Positions 23,578 through 36,978 of a stretch of DNA of 40,379 nucleotides are shown here, in pieces. Both the position numbers and the translations under genes were made by a program. Below the pieces are notes generated by a model. It was not told the origin of the DNA, searched no databases, and was given only the letters and a program-made list of their open reading frames with translations. The stretch covers positions 66,679 to 107,057 of the forward strand of contig MU619271.1 in assembly GCA_025201805.1 (NCBI GenBank), written 5' to 3'. This DNA comes from Parasitella parasitica NRRL 2501. Taxonomy: Eukaryota > Fungi > Mucoromycota. Position 1 is the first letter of the stretch, and every line of letters begins with the position of its first letter.

Positions 23578-24232
23578 TTAAGCAAACTCCTCAATAGTGG
23601 TATTGGTAGGAGTCTCGCCTTCAGGGAGGACAGTACCGTTACCGACATACTTGAAGAAACCTGAATAAGCATAGTTATCTGTGTTTTTACCGTTAGGACC
23701 AATGCGGATGAAGTATTCACCAGAGGCGTAATCAGGAAGAGGATGAAGCTATATTTGAATACGTTTAGTGTGAAGAAATCCAGCTTATCACTGCAAACTT
23801 ACATTGGCCTTGGTATAGTTACAGGGAACCAAGTTACCGTTAGCTGTAAAGTTGGTAACAAAACTAAAAAACAACGATTTCAGCATGGTTATTGTGCTTT
23901 CATTCAAACATTCAATTTACGTGGCATCGGACGCATTTCCAGTCAACAAGTGAATTTCACATAGAGATTGGGAAAGATCAGAGGAAGCAGACCATGCAAC
24001 AATACCAGTTTTGCCAGCAGTCTATGATGGTTGATTAGTATTGCATCTTAAGCATGCGCATCTTTGTAGCTTACCCAGGTAGTCTCTCCCCAAGGCTCAG
24101 AAATCTAGTGGTAATTGAGTTAGTTTTCATCGTGTCATACTCAAAAGAGCAACTCACTGTAAAGTTGGTGGATGCAGAAACAGAAGCAACAGCAGTGGTC
24201 AGAGCGGCAACAGCAGCAGATGAAAACTTCAT
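23578..24232 (-). CDS. Secreted Kre9/KNH N-terminal Ig-like domain protein, 5 exons, ~145 aa (absent from the ORF track)
   Basis: Spliced by hand: MKFSSAAVAALTTAVASVSASTNFT|ISEPWGETTW|TAGKTGIVAW...CEIHLLTGNASDA|TFVTNF...VPCNYTKAN|LHPLPDYASGEYFIRIG...YAYSGFFKYVGNG...EEFA*; all introns GT-AG; family assigned by motif resemblance. Confidence 0.8.
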
Positions 24233-25661
24233 TTTTACTAGCGAAATACTATTGAAATGGAGAAATACAGAAGAGTTTGAATGATGAACAGGATTGATAT
24301 TTATACAGAAAAAAATCTATTTTAAAACCATGATTCAAACGGATACAATAATTTGGAATCGCTCTCTTGTTTGAAAGGTTGAATTGATACCAAGTGTATC
24401 ATAAAACAAGCAAACCGTTCATATCTCGAGTGTATCTTAATCATTTCACAACTTGAAGGGGGGAATATTTTGAAAGTTCATCGATTTTCTTTCATTCTTT
24501 CACATCTAGACGGTTCTGATTTCGTTGTGGTTGTTTTGAAACATTATGATACCGTAAATCAGACGTGTGTTGGCTCAACAGTCTCGGTTTCGATGTAAAA
24601 CATGTATCGCTGCCGTATCTCGTGTAGTTAATGTGTCTTGCTGTGTCAAAAATGTGGATAGTTTCTAATCTATCTTAACCAGCATGCCACTGACATGATA
24701 CATTATTCAGCTTGAGACGTCTGTGGTCTACGCAGAAAATTTATCAGATTGTAAATATAGCTATTGTGCTACAATATTATGTGAAAATATGAAACAGAAT
24801 ACGGCCTATTTAGGCATTATTAAACCTGTCAAAAAAAACATCGTCTCGCCATGAAAAAAATACATTCTATGGCATTATGCAGTTGTAATGTCTTCTTAAA
24901 GATAGACCAAACAAAAAATTGGCCTTTAGTAAAGGAATGAGGGCAATTTTCACTCTATTCTATTCTTTTGATCTCATAAAGAATACAGAGAAATGTACAG
25001 AAAAAATAAAATCATGCCTTTTACTAGTCTAATTTTACATTCAATTGTTGGGTGAGTGATTTTTAATTGGGGAGGGGAGGCGGTTGATTTTCTGCAAAAC
25101 AAAACTCGAGTAGAGATACTTGAAAAGATGACCCAAAAGGGTAAACTTTGATCATGGTATAATGTAAAAGTGATCTTTGTAGCAATATTTGTGTGATATG
25201 ATCTGTTACTTATTGTGCTTCAATTTTGACATGAAATGACTCGAATCTTCGAATGCCAATAAAATTTTCTGGAAGTGCAAAATCTGCAACTTCAGCTTTC
25301 GATTTAATAACATTTTTGGGAGTTTCCAATCGAAAATAAATGTTCCCTGGCAAATTGTGTATATAAAATTCAGTCTGTTCTTGATTCACTGAGATAATGA
25401 GGGATCTATTGTGCCAACTTGCATGATTGATTGCTTAATTTTATGCAACTACAAATATCATTTCGTCAAATAGGTGTTTATTAATAGATGAGCTGATTCA
25501 AGATCCAAGAAATAGCTCTAGGCTTACTCTGGGCTTTGTCTCATAGCCGAAAACGAGCCTCGTCGCATAACTAACCTGCTTTAAAAACTCGGTTATTCCC
25601 TAAGGATACACATATTTATTATATACACTGACGAGTTTTCAAACCAGCCATCTTGTATTTA

Positions 25662-26997
25662 TTAGACTACAACAAACTTTTTTGGTGGACTATCTGTAAA
25701 GACAACATATTCTGTCAAGATAGTATTTGGTTTATGTTTAGCAAGGTCAGGGAAATCTATTTTTTCAAGTAAATCAAAGGACTCATTCAAGCTCTTTCCG
25801 CTTTCGGTTACTGATAATTTGATTGACTTGTCGACGTGAAGTGTAGTATCCTCGGATACTTTACGGCTGTTCCTAGATCTCGTGGTGGTATCAGCCTGAG
25901 ATTTAGCTTCTTTTACCGCATCAACACAGAATTCCACGAACATTTCATCGTACTTGGCAATTAAATGCTTATCCTTCTTCTTGACAAGTTCGTGTATCAT
26001 GAACCAGTCATGAGCATAGCTTTCCTTGATAAACAGCAAATTGGTTTTGCCATCTTTTTTGATCGCATTGACCATATTGACAACATCATCACGAAGCACT
26101 TCTTTATCGCCAATGAAAACCATGACATTCTTTGGCAAAAAACGGTCAAATTTGCTATTGACATGATGTAACCGCATGATAGGCAAATCTTCAACCTTGG
26201 TTTTGGGAAGGTTCAGGTACTCTTTGTATATGAGCTTTGCCAATCCCATAGAGACAACATCTGTTTTGTGAAACATTTTCCATGATTCGGATTCGATGAC
26301 TCCACTGACTAGAGGGGACGATAATAACACTGCTGCTGGTAAGGGTTGCTCAAAGTTTTCACGCGGCGCAGACAGATCATGTAGAATGGAAGGTGCATAT
26401 GTTTCTATCAGTGTCTCGAGGACAAGCGCTCCTCCTGCACTATCACCACTTAGAACAATTTTGGATGGAGATACGCCTAAATCATTCGTGAGATAGTCAA
26501 ATGCTCTCACACAATCGTTCAGTGGGCCAGGATACTTGTGCATTGGTGCCAAACCTACTTGTTAATGGGTTGTTAGAGACAGACAATGTAGCCGTTGCGC
26601 CAACAGCATTACCGTAGTCAATTGACATGATGCAAGCGTACATGTTGTATTTGCTCTTTATCAAACGCAGCCAACTGATGAATGATTCCATGTACATTGT
26701 ACTATGGCCAACTCGAAATCCACCACCATGGACTTCAAAGATAACAAGGTCTGCCTTTTTCAGCCTTTGGATGGCGATGGCATCGTCGCAACGAACCATT
26801 TCTGACATGATCAAAGCGCCCTTCCAATGTTCATTATCAAACTTGCGAATGAATCTCTTTTGATCGCCCAAAGGACGAGTTAAATCTTTGACTATATTCC
26901 TTGCTGCTGCTGGAGGCATTTGGAGAGCTGTTCGTAAGGTTTGTAGCACTACAGCAGGGGGTGAGTTTTTCTTGATGACCTTACGAATATCGTCCAT
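25662..26997 (-). CDS. HSL-family alpha/beta hydrolase (Say1/Mug180-like), 2 exons
   Basis: HGGGF, DYG|LAP..KYP, GDSAGG, distal EVLRDD and AHDW; intron 26612-26555. Confidence 0.9.
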
Positions 26998-27200
26998 TCT
27001 TGAAAAAAAAAAGCAAATGAAAGAAGAAAACAAAACGGCTCAGTTAATTTTTATATTTGCATAGTATAGCTTGAGAATATTTTATGCCATTTCTTTGATA
27101 TATTTTAGACTAATCCGTAATACACCAGATTTGAGTGCTTTAATATGCTATTCTATAGTTTATTGTATAAGAGCTTAGATGATCTAAATATTAATTATAA

Positions 27201-29910
27201 TTATTGTCGCTTTTGTTGTAAATTCTTATCCAGAAAGCTAGCAAGTTGAGCAAGTGAATGTGGATTAGATGCTACTTGTGAAACAATGGATTGGATTGTT
27301 TGCTGTTGTGATTCAGTTGCTTGGGGATATGCTTGAGAAGTGTTCAAAAAAGGCTGGCGTTGTTGATGTGAGGCAATAGGCGGATAACCGTCATGCTGCT
27401 GTGGTAGTTGTTGAGATGGATAGTAATGGGGCATAAGTGGCTGTTGCTGCTGCTGCTGCTGCTGCTGTGTTTGGTGGTCATACATGGGTAATGATTGCTG
27501 GTGTGGTACTTGCGATGTCTGATTAGGTACGTATGATCCGATAGGTGGCAGTACAGAGTTATTGGGAGGTTGATAAACTTGTTGCTGTGGCATTGATTGA
27601 TTTGCTCTCACAGCTGAAGGCTGGTATTGCCATGAAGTTTGCAAGCTATGCATTTGTGGGGTGGACCCAGTAGTAGAAGCAGACGGTGGTGCCGTCGTGC
27701 TGTAATTCTGACTTCTCTGTCTCTTACGCTCACGTTCCTCTTCCTCTAGAAGCCTTTCACATTTACCGCAAACAAATTTAAGATTATCCATGGATTCAGT
27801 TTTAGGTATTTGACCAGATTTTTCAAGACAAGCAATATGTTGCCAGGTTCCACACTTTTCACATGCCATCAGAGGTGTACCATCGTCCTTGAATTGTATT
27901 TTAGCACACATTAACAAAAAAAAGGGGGGAAGGCGGGGCAAACTTACAATATTCGCTCCAGAGACTCCACAAACACAATCAAATTGCCAGCTATCCTCAT
28001 CTTTATTCTTGGGTTTCCTGCCTCGTTTCTTTAATGGAATGGGATTGCCATCTTTATCCAATTTGATTTTTCTGGGAATAGGATTGCCGTTTTCATCAAA
28101 TTTAGGCTTCTTGACGTACTTTCGTTTAGGTTTTTGCTCGGTATTTCCTTCTCCTTCCCCTGCGGCTGCTGCGGCCTTGGCTGTTGCTTTGCCTGTTGCT
28201 TTTGTAGTCTTTTTGGTAGTCTTAGTCTTTGGTAATGGACTGGTTCCATCAATGATGATAGGTCCATTATTTTCAGCTTCAATTGTCGTTTCCGGATCAG
28301 CGTTGTCGCTCGCTTGACGTTTCAATGCCCTATATTCCCTTTCCATGATGCGTCTTTCGCGTTCCAAAAGACGCTCTTCTCTCGCTTTAGCCAATGCTTC
28401 TTTTTCCTGATGTTGTTTTTCAAGTTCTCTTTGTTCAATTCTGTTTGAGCGATTTCTACCCCCTGGCCCTACAGACAAAGAATAGGGGTCTTCCAAGACT
28501 GGTTCCACAGACGCTCTTTCAAGCGCTTCTAATTCCCTGGTTCTGATGCGCGAGCTTCTTTTTCTATGTATGATGGCCTCTTGCTTTTTGATTATTTGTT
28601 CGTGTTCTTCCAAAACTGGCAACACTTTGGGTAGTAAATCGTCCACTAACAATTTATGGAATCTTTGCTCGTCTATATTTTTACTATTGACATATATGGA
28701 TGGCAGGGTTTCCCAGTCGTTTTTTGTATAACAAAGCTATCAATCAATCAATTAATCAATAAACAGACTGTTCCGCATAATATTCAATTTTTGCATTACC
28801 AGTTTCCATGGCACCCATTCTCCTTCATCTTCGCTTTGTTCCTCTTCCTTGACTTCATCTGCAGACTCGGGCTCTTCTTGGATGGTAGATGATCGAGTGC
28901 TTCTGCGAGACAATCTTGCTGGTGGCGGTGGGGCAGCAGCACGCTTCTTCTTCTTGTTACGAGCTTTTGATTTCTTGACGGGCGTTGGTTTTGGGGTTTC
29001 TATGTATAATCTATTGTCTGAACATTTACACAGCGTTAGCTAGCCTTCCATTGGGGTTTCATGTCCTTTCCTTACCATCAAACAGCCAAAACGTACTTCC
29101 CTTCTTGTCAAAACCAATTGGGTCTACCCGCTAACGGATCTGTTTGTTAGATTTGCGAGGAAAAGTCGAAATCCTACTTACCCATTGTACAGCTTCTTCT
29201 TCCATGCTTAAATGTTCTCTAAATCTCTCCGGTTCATCTAATTGCCACTAGTTACATCCGTTTAGCGATTGCACCATATACCGTGTTCTATACAAAACGT
29301 ACCTCACAGAGCAAATGCAGTAAGTGAACTCTGGTATCCAGATCAAAGGTAAAGTAATTTAGAAGCTCTGGAGTCTTTGTTTCGACTTGAGTGCCTCCCA
29401 CTGCAGACAATTGCTGATCAATCACCTTGTCGTCCTGCTGCTGAATAAATGGGTTCGATTGGTCATATATTCTTTTGTCAAATTCTTTCGAGTAATAAGT
29501 TTGCCAATTGGATGAGCTAAATTGTAAGAATGTGAGTAATTTAAGTGTTTATCAAGCATGCTAGTCCTACTTTATGAACCGATTTCTTGTAACTAGACGT
29601 AGCATTCTAACAAACAAATCTTCCAATCTGATTCTCTCGGATGTTTCCAACAACATACGCTCCAAATCCTACATGAATTATGCAAAATGAGGATTCAAAT
29701 GTTGCACACATTTAATATAAACAATACACGCTTTACCTCTGTTTCAAATACATAGTCGCTGTTTGGCTCAGGATGACGCGCATAAATGATGTCTTGAGTA
29801 GTAGAAGGCCAAGGGCTAAAAGCAGGTGCAAACATATGGAAAAATTGAGCAATTGAACAGAAATCAATATTATTCCGTAATAGCTGAATGTCTGGTAGGT
29901 TGAGATTCAT
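27201..29910 (-). CDS. PHD-finger chromatin protein with CECR2/RSF1-like N-terminus and Q-rich tail, multi-exon
   Basis: LRNNIDFCSIAQFFHMF, RVDPIGFDKKGSTFWLF..NRLY (WHIM/WSD-like), AT-hook-like KKRGRKPK, PHD FDCVCG...MACEKCGTWQHIAC...FVCGKC. Confidence 0.8.
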
Positions 29911-30627
29911 AGTGTCTGATTTGTGTGATTGGAATAGATTGGTAATGCGGTTTTTTTTTAATCTGATTATTTAGTTTGTGTATAGCTGTGTATATTTTGT
30001 TCAATAGTGCTTGAAGTACACGAGAGAGAAAAAAGAAAATATTTTCTTTTACGGTTGGGGAGGGAGAGGGATTAAGTAGCCGCAAACCTCTGAATTCCTA
30101 ATTCTGAAATTGCTTCTATCAGAAGTTTGAATCAAACAAACTGCACTCTGCCCTGGAATTGGATGTGCCATATCACGAAAACACGTTGATCTATAGTAAC
30201 ATAAAGTCGCCATGTTACTCTTAATAGATTACTTTATTGTGCTTCTGTTTCCTCTTTTACTACATCGCCCTAATGTGGTCTTTTCGCACGTGATGCAATG
30301 ATCTTTAAGCAATTTTTCTTGGGTTATTCCCTCTTTTTTTTTTTTTCCTCTTCTCTTATTCCTTTTTCCCTCTCTCTTTTTCTTCTCGCCCCTTCCCTCT
30401 CTCTCTTCTTTCCTTTTTGTTCTAGTGGTTTTCTTCTTTTTGTAATCACATCTATTATATAAAGACCGAAATATTCTTCCAAGAAATTTTATTATATATA
30501 GGAACTTGATTACTCACATTACGAGGAAACTTTTTTCTTTCTTTACACCAAAAAAAAAATCAAGGCACTCCATACATCCATTTTTTGATCACAAGAAACA
30601 GAACATTTTACACATAGATATAGAAAT

Positions 30628-32249
30628 ATGTCACAAACAGAAACAGCAACCACTACAACTGTTAGTTTGGAAGAAGCCAAAAATGTGAGTCCTTCGACCA
30701 TCACTACAACTACCACTACAAATGCACAAGTTGCTCCACATCAACAAATGAAAGGTATGTAATTTTTTTTAATTTTTTTTTTTAAAAAAAACAGAGATGT
30801 AGGACAAAATAAATGGCTAAATATTACAAGAAAAAGGCAAAAAGCAAGTTGATCCCGAATACGTCAAGTCTCCTCTAGCTACTGAAAGCAACAATAGCAA
30901 CAACAGCAACAGAGCTTCGTCTACTGCAACAAGTAGAAATGCTGCAAATAGCGGTGGCACTAGTTCTGTTAAGCCATTTCAGAAAGGTGGGTTTTTATCC
31001 TTGTTACTGTGCTGTACTGTAGGCGCTGGCTCTTTTCTCGATAACAGCGATAAATCATCTCTTTCACACCAAAAGAAGAACTCCAATAGACACAGTCGTG
31101 CTAGCTCTCAACAAACAAAAGAAAAGACGACGGTTGAAAGTAACAAAGTTATTCCAGTTCCTCCAATCATTACCAATCCAACAGAATTAGATAATTTATC
31201 TAACCCATCAAATCTTGAGAATGCTGCTGTTGTAAAGACTTGCACACCTACATCTAATACTAAACCTACTTACAATAATACAAACACAACTGATCCTGAT
31301 TACGATGAATCTTCTACTTCTCCCATTTCGCTTCCTCCTCAAACTTCACCCGTGGTAAGTATTCTTTATTACTTTTGCCGGTTTTTTTAATGCATTTACC
31401 AACACACATGAGCAGGGCCCCGTCGTTTGGTTATTACCTCCATTAGCTACTGAAGACAAAGAAAGAAAATGTCTTGTACTTGATTTGGATGAAACTCTAG
31501 TCCATAGTTCATTTAAAGTAAGTTGTTTACATTTCTTTGTAGTAAGAACTTAAAGGAGTCGAATCTTCCAATCATCTCAAAATAGATCATTCCCAATCCT
31601 GACTTTATTGTACCTGTGGAAATCGACAACCAATACCATAACGTATATGTATTGAAGCGACCTGGAGTGGATGAATTTATGCGTAAAATGGGCGAAAAAT
31701 ATGAAATCGTCGTATTTACCGCTAGTTTAGCCAAGGTAAATGCCACTTTTAATATAATCCATTGGGGGAAAAACTAACAAAATTTACATCAAGTATGCTG
31801 ATCCCGTGTTGGATATGCTAGACATTCATAGAGTTGTAAAGCATAGATTATTCAGAGAATCATGTTTTAATCATAAAGGAACCTATGTCAAGGTAAGGAG
31901 GAGAGAGAATAAGATTGGAGCAAGTGAGATTGAGAGGGAAAATGAGCTGACGAAAGCTCAAGTGGGAACAGCAAATTGGCTAATTATGAAATCCTCCTTA
32001 ATTATATAATAGGATCTGTCACAACTAGGAAGAGATCTTGCATCGACATTAATCCTTGATAACTCTCCAGCTAGTTACATATTTCATACATCAAATGCTG
32101 TTCCTGTTTCCACATGGTTTAATGACCCTCATGATACCGAATTAACCGATCTCGTCGCCTTTTTGGAAGACTTGACAGTAGTAGATGATGTACAATTGGT
32201 ACTGGATAATTCGATAGATCCAAATCTAATTGTATCCTCTACTGCTTAA
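30628..32249 (+). CDS. PSR1: Psr1/CTDSP-like small CTD phosphatase (HAD, FCP1/NIF domain), multi-exon
   Basis: [76 protein letters not shown]; internal FLSLLLCC motif. Confidence 0.9.
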
Positions 32250-33025
32250 ATTAATAATAATAATATTTTATATTTGTTTTACTGTTTCTTCTTCTCCAAC
32301 ATCTCTTTAATCTCTCATTTAATTGATAGCATACCCCCTTTTTCTTCCTTCCTCTTTTTCTTTTCTCTTTTTCTTTCTTTTTTTCTTCCTCGATCCAACA
32401 ACAATTCTTTTTTCCTTTTTTATCTTCTTCTATTATCACAATTTTAAAAAAATTTAACACCTTTAAAGAAATCCTTAAAAAATACATTTTACATTTCTCA
32501 AAGACCGTGTTGGCGTTTATTAGGACACGCAAAAAAGGCATTTTTAAGAAGTTTTATATCAGGTCAAGCCAAATTAAATGGAAACTTGACAACATTAAAT
32601 CGATTATACCAAGAATACTTGATTACCTTTTACATGATAAAGATTCATAATCGATACACCCAAAGCCAAAGCCAAGAAAAAAAGAAAAAAAGGGGGCATG
32701 CGCTAATTGAAATTTGCATGGCAACAAAAAACAATCTTTAATATTGTTGTAACCATGGCAATGCAATGTAAGATGCATCGATTTAATAAAGGTGTCATTG
32801 TACATCATGCTTTAAATACCAAAGGAGATTTTATTTGGCTGTGAACAGCGTACAAGAGATGATAATTTCCCGGAGACGTTCGGAAGTGAAACTGTTAGCA
32901 AGTTTCAAAGTTTATCCTTATCAAGTAAAATATAAATACCCCACCTTTTCTTTTTTTCTTTTTCTACAATAACTTGAAGCTTTTTCTTATTCCCAACTCT
33001 CTCTTTTATTCCCTGATTAACAAAT

Positions 33026-34842
33026 ATGAGCATCATTTCGCCTCAAGAAGTAGCCAAACATAATGCCAAAAGTAAGACCACGGCATTGATTTATATTTAG
33101 GCATCGCAGCAAACTAATGGTTAATTCAGATGACGTTTGGGTCATTATTCATGGCAAAGTCTATGATCTTACTAAATTTCTTCCTGAGCACCCTGGTGGA
33201 CAAAAGATTATTATGAAATACGCTGGTAAGGATGCCACCAGTGCTTTCGAACCCATTCATCCTCCCGATATTATCCAGCGCTTCCTCGCTCCTGAAGTTT
33301 GCATGGGATCTATTGATGCAGAGGCCCTCTCGAAAGTTCCCAAGGTCGAAACCGACGAAGAGAAAAAGATTAGACTAGCCCGAGAAAAGATGCCTAAAAT
33401 AGATGAGATGTACAACTCGTTTGATTTTGAAAGTATGTATTTATATGCCACAGAGCCCATAATTTTTTCACATCACATTAGTAATGCCCTTTTGATTTAC
33501 CCAGCTGTTGCTAAATCCGTTTTAAAACCTGATGCCTGGGCCTATTATTCTTCTGGTGCAGACGACGAAATTTCCATGAGAGAAAATCATAATGCATTTC
33601 ATCGTATCTGGCTTCGTCCTCGTGTCATGGTAAATGTCAAAAACGTTGATGCCTCTACCACTATGCTTGGATGTCGCACATCTTTACCATTGTATATCAC
33701 TGCAACGGCTCTTGGTAAATTAGGTCATCCTGAAGGAGAAGTTGTTTTGACAAAAGCTGCCAAAAACCGAAACATCATTCAGATGATCCCTACGTTGGCT
33801 TCTTGCTCATTTGATGAAATTGTCGATGCTGCTGCTGCGGATCAAACACAATGGCTTCAATTGTACGTCAACGGAAACCGTGAGGTGTCCAAAAAATTTG
33901 TTCGCCATGCTGAATCAAGAGGAGTTAAAGGTCTATTTATCACTGCTGATGCTCCTCAATTAGGTATCATATCTATAAAATTTACTATCCATGGTATTGT
34001 ATTGATTTACTCCGCATTTAACATTATTATGTATCGTAGGTCGTCGTGAGAAAGATATGAGGCAGAAATACTCTCAAGAAGATCCAGATGAAATTGCTCG
34101 TAATGCAACTACTGTTAATCGAGACGAAGGTGCTGCTCGTGCTATCAGTAGTTTCATTGATCCTTCCCTCTGTTGGGATGATGTTGCTTGGTTCAAATCT
34201 ATTACCAATATGCCAATTCTCATTAAAGGTATTCAGACGCCCGAAGACGCTGTCTTGGCTGCCAAACATGGTTGTCAAGGCGTTGTTTTGTCTAATCACG
34301 GTGGTAGACAACTTGACTTTGCTCCTTCTTCTATTGAAATCTTGGCTGAAACAATGGAAGCTCTCAGAAGAGAAGGTTTAGATAAAGATTTCGAAGTCTA
34401 TATTGATGGTGGTATTCGTCGTGGCAGCGATATATTTAAGGCTATTGCCCTTGGTGCTAAAGGTGTGGGCGTTGGGCGTCCATTTTTGGCAAGTATTCCA
34501 TATATAACAAGCATTCAATTTTGGCTTATCTATCCTGATTTTTTTTTAGTATGCCATGTCTGCATATGGTGTCGAAGGTGTTGAGAAACTTTTGGAGCTA
34601 TTCCAGGTATGCATGTACGAAATACACAAGACGCTTAGCTGATTAAGTCTAACAAATTTACTATCTAGCATGAATTTGAAATGGTTATGCGTTTAATGGG
34701 CGTCACTCGTATTGAAGATATTAAGCCTGATATGGTCGATATCCGTAACATCAAAGATCATTTCGTTGCTAATCCTATTGATCATTTGGCAAATTCTTCT
34801 TATGAAAGAATGCAACCAAGAGGCAATTTATCCAAATTGTAA
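33026..34842 (+). CDS. Flavocytochrome b2-like protein (cytochrome b5 plus FMN alpha-hydroxy acid dehydrogenase) with C-terminal SKL, 6 exons
   Basis: FLPEHPGG heme motif; WAYYSSGADDE, ITATALGKLGHPEGE, SNHGGRQLD, DGGIRRGSD; ends RGNLSKL*. Confidence 0.93.
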
Positions 34843-35277
34843 AATAACCATATTTATTATTCTCCTTTCACAGTTTTTTTTTTTTTTTGTTACTCCAAAG
34901 AAAGAAGTTAATAAATGCTTATATTTTTACCGGTATTAGTCTTGCAGAAATCCTTTGATTTTGCTGAGTGGCCCCCTAGATTGCAAGACATTGCCGGACC
35001 GGACGCATATGCCGTAGATCCTGTAAGCAATGGGCTGCAGAGGGTTGCCAGGGATCTTGCCATTATTCAATTCTAATAAAAGCCACGGAATTCCACATTC
35101 TCTCTTTCCAATTTAGAGCTTCTATCCCTCCTTTTACATATCCTACTGCAAAAACTACAACATTTCTTTTTTTTTTCGAAGACACTTTGCGTTTTAAGTA
35201 CTGGGAGAAGCAGCATCATTCAGTACATGTACTACACCTGTAATTAAATCGATAACCCTCAAACGATAACACACAGC

Positions 35278-36978
35278 ATGAATTCATTTGATACAACTAC
35301 TGCAACACCTTCAGCAGTATCTGAGCTAGTAACAACACCTGCAGCAACAGAAAATAATAATTCACTTCAGGGGCCAATTGTTGCCCCTATAGGCTCAGGG
35401 TCAGTTCAAGCATATGCGAAATTGGAAGGTGAGGAGCTATGCTACTACATGCGAACACTTCAAGTTTCTTTGGGCAGAAAAGTATCGAACCCAAACAACG
35501 TTGACATTCCACTAGGAAATACAAAATCTGTGTCGAGACAACATGCTCGGTTGTTTTATAATTTCTCATCACAACGATTTGAACTTCTGGTATTTGGTAA
35601 AAACGGTGCATTTGTGAATGAGCGTTTTGTTGAAAGGGGGATTACGGTCCCGTTAGACAACAAGTGGGTATCTCTTTTTGTTATATACTAAGTTTCCATG
35701 GTAACTAATCTTTTTAGAACCAAAATTCAAATTGGTGAAATGGCATTTGTCTTTTCATTACCCAAAAAAGAAGTAGATGATGTCAGTAAGAAAGGAAACA
35801 ATGCACCAAAGCACAATATCGAAGATTTTGGGTACATATCTACTCCACATCAATTGGAAAAAGTGACAACCAATATGCCATCTTCGGATAATGGTGGACC
35901 AATATCTGTCACTTCGTTACAAGATGACAGAGACGATGATGATCATGATCAATACAGTGAATCATCAGAAACAGCAAATCTGTACAGCTGTAGGGACATT
36001 AAACCGCCTTATTCTTATGCGTCATTAATTGCACAGGCCATTAATTCATCAAGCGACAAGCGAATGACTTTAAATGGGATTTACAAGTACATAACGACAA
36101 ATTACCCCTATTATCAAATGGCTCAGAATGGCTGGCAGAACTCCATTCGGCATAATTTATCGCTCAACAAGGCTTTTGTCAAGGTGCCGCGAGGTTATAC
36201 CGAACCTGGAAAAGGTGCTTTTTGGACAATAGACTCGAATGCAGAAACCCAATTTACAAAAGGTGTTTATAAGCGAATTAAAAGAGCTGCTGGTCCTCCT
36301 CATTCTTCGCAACAAACACCAGAAACATTCGAAAATTTGAAAAAGAAATTTAAAAGGGGACATGACGCACTGGATCAACAAGAAAACGAAGAGGCAGAAG
36401 TGCTAATTGTAGAAAAATCACCGGATATCGTTGCAGAGGTCGAGAATGACTTGCTTAAGGAATCAATAACATTGAATGAAAGTATTCCAGATGCAGAACT
36501 TCCAGGTACTGTAATTTTACCAGCAATCCTAACGTCTTCACAACAAGAGATTAGTGCAATAACATCACCTTCCAAAGTGCCTCCAAAGCCATCTTCATTT
36601 GTAACAACAACATCAAAGGAAAAATCCTTAAAATCTTCTGCTGACGCAACCGCACAAATACAGCAACAAGAAGCTCAAGCACAGCTACAACTGCAGTTAC
36701 AAAATACAATACGCCAGCATCTGTTAGATCCTGTTCGTTATCCATTACCACCGTCTATAGCACAATTATTGCCTCACGCTATTGCCCAATTGCCTCCACA
36801 GTTAGCAACGCAGTTATCATCTACATTACAAAAAAAGCAAGTTAAACCTGAAGAGAATATACCTGTGACGAAGGTTGACTCTGTGATAACAGCAACAACA
36901 GCAGACACAGTAGCATCATCATTACCGTCAGAAACAAAAGTGGGTAATTTGAAAGTTGTCGAAAGCTCCTCTGGATAA
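35278..36978 (+). CDS. FHA plus forkhead transcription factor (Fkh1/Fkh2/Fhl1/FoxK group), 2 exons
   Basis: QAYAKLEG...SLGR...VSRQHA...GKNGAFVN (FHA); [14 protein letters not shown]...[15 protein letters not shown]...GKGAFW (forkhead); intron ~35665-35718. Confidence 0.93.

Noticed and set aside
32251-32541. Lys/Glu-rich minus-strand ORF
   Set aside because: Artefact of the pyrimidine-rich 3' region of the phosphatase gene
34960-35070. Structured ncRNA between the flavocytochrome b2 and forkhead genes
   Set aside because: GC-rich but matches no RNA family I recognise; more simply promoter DNA
8866-36978. Functional or biosynthetic gene cluster
   Set aside because: Genes have unrelated housekeeping roles and there is no backbone enzyme
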